DNA of 64,000 bases, taken from positions 352,001 through 416,000 of the forward strand of contig CBDCDC010000002.1 in the NCBI GenBank assembly GCA_965215195.1, read 5' to 3'. This stretch comes from Candidatus Latescibacterota bacterium. GTDB taxonomy: Bacteria > Latescibacterota > UBA2968 > UBA8231. Below, one piece after another: positions 47,135 through 57,056 of the stretch; within the stretch, counting starts at the first letter, position 1; the number at the start of each line of letters is the position of its first letter. Made by a program: the position numbers and the translations under genes. A model generated the notes under the pieces. That model saw only the letters and a program-made list of their open reading frames with translations, did not search any database and was not told the origin of the DNA.

Positions 47135-47391
47135 CGCGCTATACCCGCATCGGCCGCGTCCTGCTGGCTGGCTTGGGAGCTGAGTACGCGCGCCGCCCGT
47201 ATAGTCCGTGGAAGCTGTAATTCACTTGGCTGCCGATCCTAGCCCGAGCGTGCGGGAGCACGAGTGGAAGGGTAAGCCGCCTTGAGCAGATAGACTTTCA
47301 GGCGTAATTTTAGCAACACTCAGAGCGTATTTCATCTCAACCCAGTCCTCCGCGTTTTTCGAGCGCGAGGACTTAATCAGAAAGGATAGGA

Positions 47392-48372
47392 ATGATTCCT
47401 TCCCCCCGCACCGCAGGTTCGCGCTTGGCGTTTCTGCTCCAGAGCGCAACCCCCTTGCTCATCGCTGCTCTCACCGTGCTGCTGCCGCAGATGGCCGCGG
47501 CCGGGGCTTGGACGCTCGGAAAGGGCCAGGTATGGAGCAAAATTACCTACATGTCGTTATCGACCAACGAGCATTACGATAACGACGGAAATGTCGGTGA
47601 GATTCCCGCCCGCTATAAATCCCAGCAGGTCTATTTCGACGTTTACTACGGTTTGCATGACCGGATCGACATCGGCATAAAGATCCCGTATATCAGCAAT
47701 GAATTTGTCGATGTTAGTCCCGATCATCCTTTCTCTGGGTCACCAGATAAAAAGGACTCGGGCGTGGGCGATGTGCGCGGAGTGGCCAAAATTAACCTCG
47801 TGAACAGCGCAGATCTGGTGGGCACGCTAAAGTTGGAATTCAAAGCCCCTATGGGCGAATATCGGGAAGTGCCCGAGGCCCTTTCCATAACTGGTGGCCA
47901 ATGGGATTTTGACGTTGTGGCGCAACTGGGCCGCTCCTTTTGGCCCGTCCCGGTGTACGCCAATGTCGATCTGGGGTATCGCCTGCGCGGCGAATATACA
48001 GATTCCAACCCCGACGACGCTGGCGGAGTTGATCGCACGTACACCCCGGGCGCGGAGTTTGTTTTTAACGCCGAGGCTGGCTATAGCCCGATGGACAAAC
48101 TCCTCGTCGCCCTCAAGTACGAAAGCATCCTAGGCGCCGAGTACGACACCATAAACAACCCCCCAGCAGGCAGCACAGAAGAAACGCTCAACCAAAGCGT
48201 CTCCTACCTAGCGCCGACGGTCTTGGTTGGTCTCCATCCCAGCGTGAGTCTTGAAGCTCAGGCGCGCCTGACGATCAGCGGCAGCCGGTATTTCGCTGGT
48301 TCGACTTATGGGCTAGGGCTTTCTTTTACGGGCAGTCTGATCGATAAGGTGATTCATCAGGGGACGCCGTAG
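47392..48372 (+). CDS. Secreted/outer-membrane beta-barrel-like protein
   Basis: Signal peptide ending AAAGAWT, alternating amphipathic strands, SGVGDVR. Confidence 0.6.
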   Translation: MIPSPRTAGSRLAFLLQSATPLLIAALTVLLPQMAAAGAWTLGKGQVWSKITYMSLSTNEHYDNDGNVGEIPARYKSQQVYFDVYYGLHDRIDIGIKIPYISNEFVDVSPDHPFSGSPDKKDSGVGDVRGVAKINLVNSADLVGTLKLEFKAPMGEYREVPEALSITGGQWDFDVVAQLGRSFWPVPVYANVDLGYRLRGEYTDSNPDDAGGVDRTYTPGAEFVFNAEAGYSPMDKLLVALKYESILGAEYDTINNPPAGSTEETLNQSVSYLAPTVLVGLHPSVSLEAQARLTISGSRYFAGSTYGLGLSFTGSLIDKVIHQGTP

Positions 48373-48398
48373 TCTGCTTCTGCGGAGTAGAACGAGTA

Positions 48399-48437
48399 GG
48401 GGAAGGGCCTTTTGGCTTCTTCCCCGTTTTATTTTTT
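48399..48437 (+). terminator. Rho-independent terminator
   Basis: ggggaagggcc-tttt-ggcttcttcccc hairpin followed by gttttatttttt. Confidence 0.7.
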
Positions 48438-48473
48438 GCGGTAGGGAGAGCTATCCATACGAGGAGAAACAAC

Positions 48474-49265
48474 ATGAACACGCCAAACATTACCTTGGCC
48501 TCGGGCCACGCCATCCCGCAATTGGGCTTGGGCACTTGGACGTTGCGCGGCCAGCAGTGCCAAGCCGTGGTCAAAGAGGCCCTTGAACTGGGCTATACGC
48601 ATTTGGATTCGGCTTGGATGTACCAGAATCAGGACGCTATGGGCCAAGTCCTCAAGGAGGTCGGGGCCGACCGCGACCGCCTTTTCATCACTTCCAAGAT
48701 CTGGCATTCGCACCTCGAGTACGAGGCGACCTTGGAGCAGATGGAGCAGATTCTGCGCGATCTACAGACCGCATACGTCGATCTCCTGCTCATCCACCAC
48801 CCCGGGCAGGGCGTGCCGGTGGAGCGCACCTTGGCCGCGTTTGAAAAAATCTGCGCGGCCGGTCAGGCCAAGAGCATTGGCATTAGCAATTTCAGCATTG
48901 AGCAAACCGAGCGGGCACGGGCCGCCACCGGCTTGCCTATTTGCACCAATCAGGTCGAATACCATCTGCGCCACAACCGCGAGAAGCTGCGGCGTCATTG
49001 CCACGCCCACAACGTGGTGCTGACCGCGCACCGCCCGCTGGCCCAAGGCGAGCTGGCCCGAGACGAGGTCCTAAAACAGGTGGCTGCCGAGCACGGCAAG
49101 ACCCAAGCGCAAGTGGCCTTGAAGTGGCTTTTGCAAAAGGATATGATCGTCATCCCCAAGGCCAGCTCAACGGCCCATTTGCGCGACAATCTAAATTTGT
49201 TCGACTGGCAGCTAGGGGACGAGGAGATGGGGCGTCTCAACCGGGTGGGTGCCGATCCCGAATGA
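48474..49265 (+). CDS. Aldo/keto reductase (2,5-diketo-D-gluconate reductase-like)
   Basis: IPQLGLGTW, LFITSKIW, SIGISNF, NQVEYH and IVIPK motifs. Confidence 0.9.
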   Translation: MNTPNITLASGHAIPQLGLGTWTLRGQQCQAVVKEALELGYTHLDSAWMYQNQDAMGQVLKEVGADRDRLFITSKIWHSHLEYEATLEQMEQILRDLQTAYVDLLLIHHPGQGVPVERTLAAFEKICAAGQAKSIGISNFSIEQTERARAATGLPICTNQVEYHLRHNREKLRRHCHAHNVVLTAHRPLAQGELARDEVLKQVAAEHGKTQAQVALKWLLQKDMIVIPKASSTAHLRDNLNLFDWQLGDEEMGRLNRVGADPE

Positions 49266-49273
49266 TCCACGCC

Positions 49274-51196
49274 TCAATAGTAGTAGAACGCATAGACCAG
49301 CGCGGCCCCGCCCACGCCGACGCAGGTGCCCAAGATCAGACCAATGAAAAAGGGCAGCAGGGCGCGGTAGAGCCGGATGCCGCCGTAGCGCAGGGCTAGG
49401 AGCTTGACCAGCCAGGCCAAGAAAATCCCGAACCAGTCGATGGAGACGGTGTTGGTCAGGGCGATGCCCAGTCCCACCGGGTGCAAGGGCCAGCCGGCGA
49501 AGCGGTACTGGGCCAGCGAGAGCAGCCCGGCGAGGCCCGCGCCAATGGCGAGGAACACGGCCACCAGCGGCTCGGCGGGATTGGGGTTGTTGATCGAATT
49601 GGCGACCCAAGACCAATGGTATTGCGGGGACATGACGAAGTACCAGCGGTAGCCGTGGATCAGTCCGTGGCGATAGCCCAGCCATATATAGCAGACCATG
49701 GTGGTGATGAGGCCGACGAGCATGGCGGCGGACAAAAAGAACACCAGCTTGCGCCCGCTGATGTTGAGCCGGGCCGGCTCGCAGACCTTGAAGGCGTGGG
49801 CGAGAGTGCCCATCAGAAAGAGCTGCAAGTCGGCCGTCCAGACCATGCTCAGCCCCATCGCGCTCAGCCCTTGGGCGCCAAAAGGGGCCGTGCCCACGAG
49901 ATTGGTCAAGATCGGCGGCACCGAGACCGGGCCGCGCAGGCGGCCGATCCCGGTCTGGGCCAACAGGCGGGCAATGCCAAAGAAAATCACCAGCGCGACC
50001 AGCAAAAAGACGATGCTCCAGGCCAAACTCAGGCCGCTGGCCCAGAGGAAGCCGCTCATGTACGTCAGCCCGACGAGCCCGAGCAGGGCGGCGGTGCGCG
50101 GCGCGATCGGGCTGTTGCGGTCTGGACCACCGCTGCTGATCAGCCGCCACTGGCGCCGCAGGAAGTGGCGCGACATCCACAGCGAAATCCCGACGATGCA
50201 CGCCAGCGAGCCGATCTGCTGATGGGCCAGCAGTACGTTGGGTGGTGCGTGGGGCTGGGCCGGCAGCGACAGGGAAATGCCCAGCCAGTTGAGCAGGGCC
50301 CCTTCGGCGGCGATGAGTAGGTGAAAAAACCAGACGCTGAACAGCACGTTGAGGCCCACCAGATAGCTCAAGCCCACGACCAGCAGGTCGGTGTTAAGCC
50401 CGTAACTAAGCCCGAATTGACGGATCTCGATGCGGCCGCCGGGGATGCCAAAACCGTGGATGATCTCGATGTCTAATACTTGGTCGAGCATATTGACGGT
50501 CGGCAGCACCCAAGCGATGAGAAACCCCACCCACAACAGCTTGCTCTTGAGAATGGACGCGGTGGGGTTTTCTAGGCTTTCGAGGAGCATGTTGGGGACG
50601 GCGGCGAGGGGGTACACCAAGCGCTCTTGGCGCGACCACTGGTGGTGGACGAGGCTGATCAGGGCGATGCTGACCAAGAAGAAGGCCAGCATGAAGAGGC
50701 CCCACCACAGCAGCGGCCCAGCCCACAAGGCCCAAGGCACGGGCGCGGCGGCCCCGGCTCCTTCAAAGAGCTGGCGGATCGCTTCGAGGTCGCGGGGGAC
50801 GGCCCAGTGGGGGATGTGCGGCCAGAGCAGGTCGGACCAGTTGTTTTCTGCGGTGGCGTAGTAAAAGACGCCGGCGATTAAAGGGATGAAGTAGCCGCCA
50901 AAGCCCATGGAGGGCAGCACTACGGCCACCATGAGCGCGGCATAGACCAAGGCGAAATTGGCTGGCGAGAGGCGCAAGAGCGGGTGGAGCAGGCGCAGCG
51001 CAAGGGCGACGACCACCAGCCAGAAGATCAGGAAGATGACGCCGACGGTGTTGAAGTGATCGGTCAGCCCGGTGTAGCTGCCATAGAGAACGTAGGTCCG
51101 CACACTGGTAAAGGTCATGCAGACGGTAAAGACTAAGACGAGGCCGAAGGAGAAACAGGTGCCGAGGAAGGAGGTAGTTGTAGGGATGCGGGGCAT
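49274..51196 (-). CDS. DUF6785/DUF6784-like polytopic membrane protein (paralogue of 41603..43546)
   Basis: FYYATAENNW, QWSRQERLVYPL, WPLHPVG and RYGGIRLYRALLPFFIGLILG. Start is at 51196 or 51292. Confidence 0.75.
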   Translation of the reverse strand: MPRIPTTTSFLGTCFSFGLVLVFTVCMTFTSVRTYVLYGSYTGLTDHFNTVGVIFLIFWLVVVALALRLLHPLLRLSPANFALVYAALMVAVVLPSMGFGGYFIPLIAGVFYYATAENNWSDLLWPHIPHWAVPRDLEAIRQLFEGAGAAAPVPWALWAGPLLWWGLFMLAFFLVSIALISLVHHQWSRQERLVYPLAAVPNMLLESLENPTASILKSKLLWVGFLIAWVLPTVNMLDQVLDIEIIHGFGIPGGRIEIRQFGLSYGLNTDLLVVGLSYLVGLNVLFSVWFFHLLIAAEGALLNWLGISLSLPAQPHAPPNVLLAHQQIGSLACIVGISLWMSRHFLRRQWRLISSGGPDRNSPIAPRTAALLGLVGLTYMSGFLWASGLSLAWSIVFLLVALVIFFGIARLLAQTGIGRLRGPVSVPPILTNLVGTAPFGAQGLSAMGLSMVWTADLQLFLMGTLAHAFKVCEPARLNISGRKLVFFLSAAMLVGLITTMVCYIWLGYRHGLIHGYRWYFVMSPQYHWSWVANSINNPNPAEPLVAVFLAIGAGLAGLLSLAQYRFAGWPLHPVGLGIALTNTVSIDWFGIFLAWLVKLLALRYGGIRLYRALLPFFIGLILGTCVGVGGAALVYAFYYY

Positions 51197-51432
51197 AGTG
51201 GGAATTGGGAATTGAGGGGTGAAGGGGTGAGTTGGGGGCTTTATAATAGAATAGATGGGGGGAGTGCAGGCAATGATGCGCGGCGGCAGCATCTCGTCTC
51301 ATGCTTGACAAACCCTAACGCGGGAAAAAAACGCTCGGCGCGGCGGAGAATCCTGTATGCAGTGGCAGCGGTAGGGGTTCTGCCGTTTGCGATTCCGGCA
51401 ACGAGAGGTAAAAGCTGTAAAAGGAAAATACT

Positions 51433-52820
51433 TTGCCAAGTATGTTACCTAGACTAGTCGGGCGGCAACTAGAGGTATTATACCTCCCAGCCAATGGCCA
51501 TACAGTGGTGCTCGGCACCGCTGGGAGCGGCAAGACGACGCTCTCTATTTACCGCGCTCTCTACTTGTCCGAGCCGTCCACCGACCACTGCGGGCGTACG
51601 CTGCTGGTGACGTTCAATCGATGTCTGGTCACCTATATGAAGCATCTAGCTGAAACAATCCAGCAATCTGTGGATATACGAAATTACCATCGCTTCGCAC
51701 GGGATTATCTCGACCACAGAGGCAAGTTACCACCGAAAAGCATCTGTCGCCCCGAAGAACGGTTGCGCTTCATAAGGCTTGCAGTGAGCGAAGCGCGAGC
51801 CGATGGTGTACAGAGCCCGATGCTGCGACGTTCAGAGGAATTCCTCGATGAAGAGTTCCAATGGATTCAGCAGCATGGTATTGCGAGCGAGGAGGATTAT
51901 GTCGCGGCGGAACGCATAGGTCGGACGGCAACCCGAGTTGCAAGGGTTGAGCGTCCTGCACTATTTGATCTTTACAAGCGATACTTGAATCAGCGGCAGC
52001 AAGGCGGCAAGTCGTACGACTGGGATGACCTCGCCAGTGCCGTGCTCCGAGAGCTTCAGTTCGATCAGAGTAAACGCCTCTACCGCCACGTAATTATTGA
52101 CGAAGGCCAAGACTTTTCGCCCGAGATGCTGCGCTCGCTCGCAGCCGCTATCCCAGAAGACGGAAGTCTCACTTTCTTTGGCGATATTGCTCAGCAGATA
52201 TACGGGCACCGGATGTCTTGGAGAAGTGCTGGACTTACCGCGACGAAAATCTGGCCATTTAAGGAGAACTACCGCAACACCAAGCAGATTTCCCAACTCG
52301 CGCTCGCGCTTGCGGCCATGCCCAATTTCCCGGACGACCCAGACTTGATCGAGCCAACGGCCCCGGTTGCCGACGGGCCATCTCCGGCGCTTGTGCGGCT
52401 TGCAAGCGAGTCGGAAGAACGAGAATTTGCCGTTTCGCGGGCGACCTTACTGGCTCAGACGGGAACAGTTGCCATTTTGTTTAGGACGCGCGATCAAGAG
52501 AGAACTTTTCGACAGTATCTCCCAAGCGAGGCGACACGGCTCCATCGCGAACTAAAACAATGGCCAAGCGGGCTAGGGCTTTTCTATGGCACATATCACG
52601 CCGCCAAGGGACTGGAGTTTGATACGGTGTTCCTGCCATTCCTGTCGGATAAATGTTGGCCCCGTCCATCCGACGTTAAACTCTTGGGGAACAAGAAGCG
52701 GCGGTGCGAAACTCGCGCCTTCTTTACGTTGGGATCACGCGAGCCAGATCGACGCTCGTACTGACATACTCGGGGTGCGTGACGTCGCTCTTACCGGAAA
52801 TAGAAGGGCTGTATCAATGA
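51433..52820 (+). CDS. UvrD/Rep-like SF1 helicase; one-base frameshift at ~52689 before motif VI
   Basis: GTAGSGKT, IIDEGQD, FGDIAQQIY, ENYRNT and TYHAAKGLEFD. RLLYVGITRARSTL is in another frame, which ends at TGA 52820 overlapping the darT ATG. Confidence 0.82.
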
Positions 52821-53530
52821 TGACTGAGACGATAGCTTCGATACAGGCCAGCGCGATGCGCCGCGGAATCACACGCCTTTGCCATTTCGCGCCCTCTCGC
52901 AATCTGGGGCACATCGCAGAAGATCGCGCAGGGATTCTCGCCTCGAAGTATCTTGAGGAGGACGAGAAAGCTGTCTTCAATCCGACGGATTCAGAGCGCA
53001 TGGATGGTTATCCAAACTATGTGTGCTGCTCGATTCAGTACCCGAACGCTTGGTACTTCAGAAAAGCTCGGGGTCGGGAACCGCTATTTCGAGATTGGGT
53101 CATACTTCTGATCAAGCCTGACTACCTATGGTATGCTGGCGCGAAGTTCTGTCCCCGCAATGCGGCGGCCGAGCACGGGACGCTCGTCGATGAAGGTGCA
53201 GAGGCATTCGAGGCGTTATTTGCCGACACCGTCGAAGGCACTCACACGTACAGGCGTGATCACCGTCATCCTGATTTCCTGCCCACTGACGAACAAGCCG
53301 AGGTGTTGATTCCGGATCACATCCGACGGGGAGATGTGATCGGCATCGCTGTTTACGACGACGAACAGGCCAAACGGGAAGTGGCTCGGCTGAAGCTGCT
53401 TGGCCGGAGTTTCTCGCCGATCGCGATTGTTCCCGAATTTTTCGACCCGAATAAACTCAGTCAATTGCTACGCTCTGGTCGGGTTCCGGTCGAGCGCGAG
53501 CATCAACAAGGAGACCCTCATGCCCGATAA
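52817..53530 (+). CDS. darT: DarT (DUF4433) ssDNA ADP-ribosyltransferase, DarT1-like
   Basis: LCHFAPSRNL, D.ERMDG.....CCSIQYPN, WVILLI, FCPRNAA, FEALF and catalytic PTDEQAEVL. Confidence 0.85.
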   Translation: MMTETIASIQASAMRRGITRLCHFAPSRNLGHIAEDRAGILASKYLEEDEKAVFNPTDSERMDGYPNYVCCSIQYPNAWYFRKARGREPLFRDWVILLIKPDYLWYAGAKFCPRNAAAEHGTLVDEGAEAFEALFADTVEGTHTYRRDHRHPDFLPTDEQAEVLIPDHIRRGDVIGIAVYDDEQAKREVARLKLLGRSFSPIAIVPEFFDPNKLSQLLRSGRVPVEREHQQGDPHAR

Positions 53531-55175
53531 CAGCGAGAGCCAAGCGCACGAACCGATCTTGCCGTTGCAGGCCAAAGCCGAGGGTGCCTTTCTTGCGCTC
53601 GCGGCTGGCGACGCGCTGGGCTGGCCCCAAGAAATAGCTCGAAACGTCCAAGGCAGCCCTGAGAGCAAGGGGGCACATGTGGAGTTCAAGGGGTGGACGC
53701 GGCGCAGTGGTGGACGATTCCAACCCTATGAGGAAAACATCTACGCCGGAGACTATAGCGACGATACGCAACTTACCCTCGCGGTTGCACGGAGCAGAAC
53801 AAATCACGGCTCTAAATGGTGGAAAGCGTTTACGAAGGTGGAACTTCCGCTCTGGACGCTGTACGAACGGGGTGGGGGTGGGGCTACGAAGCGCGCGGCC
53901 AAAGCATGGGTCGAAGGTACACCTCCGTGGAAGTCAGATAAGAAAGATGGCGTTCGCCGATACTTTGAGGCTGGCGGCAACGGGGTCGCCATGCGCGTCC
54001 TACCCCATGCCTTGTTTCTCGCTGGGCAGGAAGATCCCGCCGACCTTATGTACGATGTCATTCTCGATGGATCGGCTACCCATGGCCATCCGCGCGCATT
54101 CGTCGGGGCGACGGTGTACGCCTATGCCGCGTGGATGCTGGCGCGTAGAAGTGACACGCTCCGGTTTGGTGAATTGCTGGACGTATTGATCGATGAATCG
54201 CCCAAATGGAGCAAGTTTCCCGAGTCGAATCGAAATGACCGAACGTGGTTCTCATTCGCTAAAGGCGCGATAGGCGGATACGAGTTGAAATGGGATCAAA
54301 CGATTAAGGAAATGCGAGAGCTACTCGCGAACGCGCGAAAAGGGGTCCAAGCTGGTGCGCTCGCGGACGACCATGTGGTCTTGAAAGAGCTTGGATGTCT
54401 CGGTCATGCCAAGGGAGCGGGAACCGTTAGTGCGGCTGCCGCCGCGTACCTTGTCGCACGTCATGCAGCACAGCCGGTGCAAGGGATACTCAGAGCCGCC
54501 TTTGAGCAGGGCGCGGACACGGACACCCTCGCGGCCATGACCGGAGGGCTGATGGGATGCTTGGCGGGTGTCGAATGGCTACCGGCATCGTGGCTAGAAG
54601 TCCAAGATGCCGAATACCTCCGAAACATCGCCAGCCAAATTGCCTTGGGGCCGGACCGTGCGTCCCAGAATCCTGTAGAACCTCCTGCGAACCCTCAAGC
54701 CATCTTCTCTGATCTTGCTTGGAACGGAGACCGCGAAGTGGTCTTTGGCGGCTTAAAACGAGTTCGGGCAACGCCTCTGCCGGTTCCTAAGCCAATTGCC
54801 CGATCAATCGCGGTCCAAGCGTGGAAGCTCAAAACTTCCGAGGGCCAGACCATGTATGTCACCAAGGTGAACCATTTGCGGGACAGCAAGGCGAGCCATA
54901 CACCGGAGCCGACCAAGCCAGCCGGCGCGAACGAGGCGGTGGAATCCGCTCGGGTCTCGAAGGGGGTGCTCTACGCTGAGTTTTGCCGACAATTGCAAGG
55001 TCATCTAGAATCTGGGGCCATGAAACGCAAAGAAATAGAGAGTGCTTTGGACCTCGTTCCGGGCCAAGTCAAAAAATGGCTAAGCCAAGCCGAACAGGAT
55101 GGGTGGATTCGGCGGATATCCATCAAGCCCGCAAAATTCGCGTTGTGCGGCCAGAAGTCCCTACGTAAAGAGTAA
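53520..55175 (+). CDS. ADP-ribosylglycohydrolase (ARH/DraG family) with a C-terminal wHTH-like domain
   Basis: AAGDALG, YSDDTQL, GNGVAMR, THGHP and DTDTLAAMTGGL; C-terminal MKRKEIESALDLVPGQVKKWLSQAEQDGWI. Confidence 0.87.
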   Translation: MPDNSESQAHEPILPLQAKAEGAFLALAAGDALGWPQEIARNVQGSPESKGAHVEFKGWTRRSGGRFQPYEENIYAGDYSDDTQLTLAVARSRTNHGSKWWKAFTKVELPLWTLYERGGGGATKRAAKAWVEGTPPWKSDKKDGVRRYFEAGGNGVAMRVLPHALFLAGQEDPADLMYDVILDGSATHGHPRAFVGATVYAYAAWMLARRSDTLRFGELLDVLIDESPKWSKFPESNRNDRTWFSFAKGAIGGYELKWDQTIKEMRELLANARKGVQAGALADDHVVLKELGCLGHAKGAGTVSAAAAAYLVARHAAQPVQGILRAAFEQGADTDTLAAMTGGLMGCLAGVEWLPASWLEVQDAEYLRNIASQIALGPDRASQNPVEPPANPQAIFSDLAWNGDREVVFGGLKRVRATPLPVPKPIARSIAVQAWKLKTSEGQTMYVTKVNHLRDSKASHTPEPTKPAGANEAVESARVSKGVLYAEFCRQLQGHLESGAMKRKEIESALDLVPGQVKKWLSQAEQDGWIRRISIKPAKFALCGQKSLRKE

Positions 55176-55220
55176 AGATGCCCTTCCGAGTAGTAGCCAA
55201 CCGTCGGTTGGGGCAGTAAT

Positions 55221-57035
55221 ATGCCCCTCCGAGTAGCTAACCTTCACACTCCATACATCGGCTGGCTCGTCTTCGCCCTCGCCCTCGCGCTGCGGGTCGC
55301 CTACATCTTCGAGCTGGATGCGAGTCCGCTCTTTGCACATCCAGCGGTCGATGCCAAGACGTACACCCATCACGCCCAGCGCTTGGCCGCGGGCAACTGG
55401 TTGGGCGTTGGCGAGGGGCCGTTTTGGCAGCCGCCGCTCTACCCGTACTTCCTCGGGGCGGTGAAGCTCCTTTTTTCGGAGTCATTTTTTTACGCTGTGC
55501 GCTTTGTGCAGGCCCTGCTGGGGGCGCTGGTCTGCGCGATGAGCTGGTGGATTGGGCGCACTTTGTTCAATCCGGCGGTGGGGTTGCTGGCCGGGGTTGG
55601 CGCAGCAGTGTGCGGGCCGCTGATCTTTTTTGACGGCGAGCTGTTGCCGGCCTCGCTAGCCGCCTTTGTCGATCTGCTGGCCTTGGTGGTGCTTTTGCGC
55701 GTCTGGCGTCGCCCGAGCCGTTGGGGCTTTTTGGGTGCCGGCGCGGGCTTTGGCGTTGGTGGGTTGGCCGTGCCGACGGTGCTGACCTTTGCGGTCGCCG
55801 TGCCCATCGTCCTCTTGTGGCGCACTCCCCGTCGGCAGGGCTTGAGTTGGGCCGGTGCGTTCTCGCTGGGGGTGCTCTTGGCCATCGCGCCAGTGGCTTG
55901 GCGCAACTGGGCCATTGGCGGCGACGGGGTGGGGATTTCCTACAACGCGGGGATCAACCTGTACATTGGCAACAATCCCGACTATGCACAGACTACGGCC
56001 ATCCGCCCGGGGTGGGAATGGGACGAGTTGGTCACCCAACCGGCGCGGGCGGGGATTGCGCGGCCCTCGGCTAAGTCGGCGTACTTTGCCGAGCGAGCTT
56101 GGGACTACATCGCAGGCGATCCGACCGCGTGGCTGGGGTTGATGGGGCGCAAGCTAGGGGCGTTTTGGCACGGCGACGAGCAGGGGCGCAACCAGCCGAT
56201 CTACTTCTGGCGCACCTATTCAAAGGTGCTGTCGGCGACCCTGTGGAAAGCGGGCATTGCCTTCCCCTTTGGCCTAGTGGCCCCCTTGGCGCTGTGGGGG
56301 ATGCTCTTGAGTCTGCGGCGGATCGGCCCGACGTGGTCGCTGCTGTACGCGCTGAGCTATTGCTTGGGGGTGGTCGCATTTTTTGTGGCGGCGCGCTACC
56401 GGGTGCCGGTGCTGCCAGTGCTCGTAGTCTTTGCCGCCTACGGGCTGTGGGCGCTGTGGGAGTGGGGACGGGCGGGCCGTTGGCGCAGCTTGGGGCTGGG
56501 GTTGGCCGTCTGCTCGGCCTTTGCGTTGGCGGCCAACAGCCGTATAGCGCCCATGGACATGGAGGGGGATGCGGCCATCCACTACAATCTGGGCAATGCG
56601 TATGCCGAGGCCGGCGACCAAGAGCGGGCACTGGCGGCGTTTGAGCGGGCAGTGGCTGAGGATCCGCACTACTGGCAGGCGTGGTTAAATCTGGGTGGGG
56701 TCAAGGGGGCGCGGGGGGATTTGCAGGGCGCGGGGGAAATTTTCGCACGTCTGACCCGCGAGATCCCCGGGCAAGTCGAGCCGTGGCTCAACCTAGCCCA
56801 CGTGCGGATCGTGCAGCGCGACCTAGAGGGGGCCTTTAGCTGCTACGAGTCCGCGCTCGCGGCTAATCCCAAATTCCTACCAGCCTACGTGGAAATGATC
56901 CACCTCTACGGGCAGATGGGCGATCTGGCCCGGGCGGCGCACGTCCTCCAACGAGCGGTCGATCATTTGCCCGCCCAGCGCGAGCGGTTGGATCGGCTGT
57001 ACGGTCGGCTGCTCAACGCGGCTGCACGGCCCTGA
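55221..57035 (+). CDS. GT-C (PMT_2/GT39-like) glycosyltransferase with C-terminal TPRs
   Basis: DAKTY, PFWQPPLYPYFLG, GINLYIGNNP, ARYRVP, many TM helices and TPR HYNLGNAY. Confidence 0.82.
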   Translation: MPLRVANLHTPYIGWLVFALALALRVAYIFELDASPLFAHPAVDAKTYTHHAQRLAAGNWLGVGEGPFWQPPLYPYFLGAVKLLFSESFFYAVRFVQALLGALVCAMSWWIGRTLFNPAVGLLAGVGAAVCGPLIFFDGELLPASLAAFVDLLALVVLLRVWRRPSRWGFLGAGAGFGVGGLAVPTVLTFAVAVPIVLLWRTPRRQGLSWAGAFSLGVLLAIAPVAWRNWAIGGDGVGISYNAGINLYIGNNPDYAQTTAIRPGWEWDELVTQPARAGIARPSAKSAYFAERAWDYIAGDPTAWLGLMGRKLGAFWHGDEQGRNQPIYFWRTYSKVLSATLWKAGIAFPFGLVAPLALWGMLLSLRRIGPTWSLLYALSYCLGVVAFFVAARYRVPVLPVLVVFAAYGLWALWEWGRAGRWRSLGLGLAVCSAFALAANSRIAPMDMEGDAAIHYNLGNAYAEAGDQERALAAFERAVAEDPHYWQAWLNLGGVKGARGDLQGAGEIFARLTREIPGQVEPWLNLAHVRIVQRDLEGAFSCYESALAANPKFLPAYVEMIHLYGQMGDLARAAHVLQRAVDHLPAQRERLDRLYGRLLNAAARP

Positions 57036-57038
57036 GCA
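57012..57038. repeat. Direct repeat (left) flanking hicAB; copy of the CRTAC1 gene 3' end
   Basis: ctcaacgcggctgcacggccctgagca vs 57527-57553 ctcaacgcggctgcacgaccttgagca (25/27 identical). Confidence 0.8.
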
Positions 57039-57056
57039 GGTCGCCAAACCAGAGCT

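Noticed and set aside
47220-47391. Possible riboswitch upstream of the beta-barrel gene
   Set aside because: No conserved cobalamin, TPP or SAM motifs were recognisable by eye.
52586-52816. N-terminal extension of DarT
   Set aside because: It overlaps the helicase C-terminus; the ATGA-coupled start at 52817 gives a normal DarT length.
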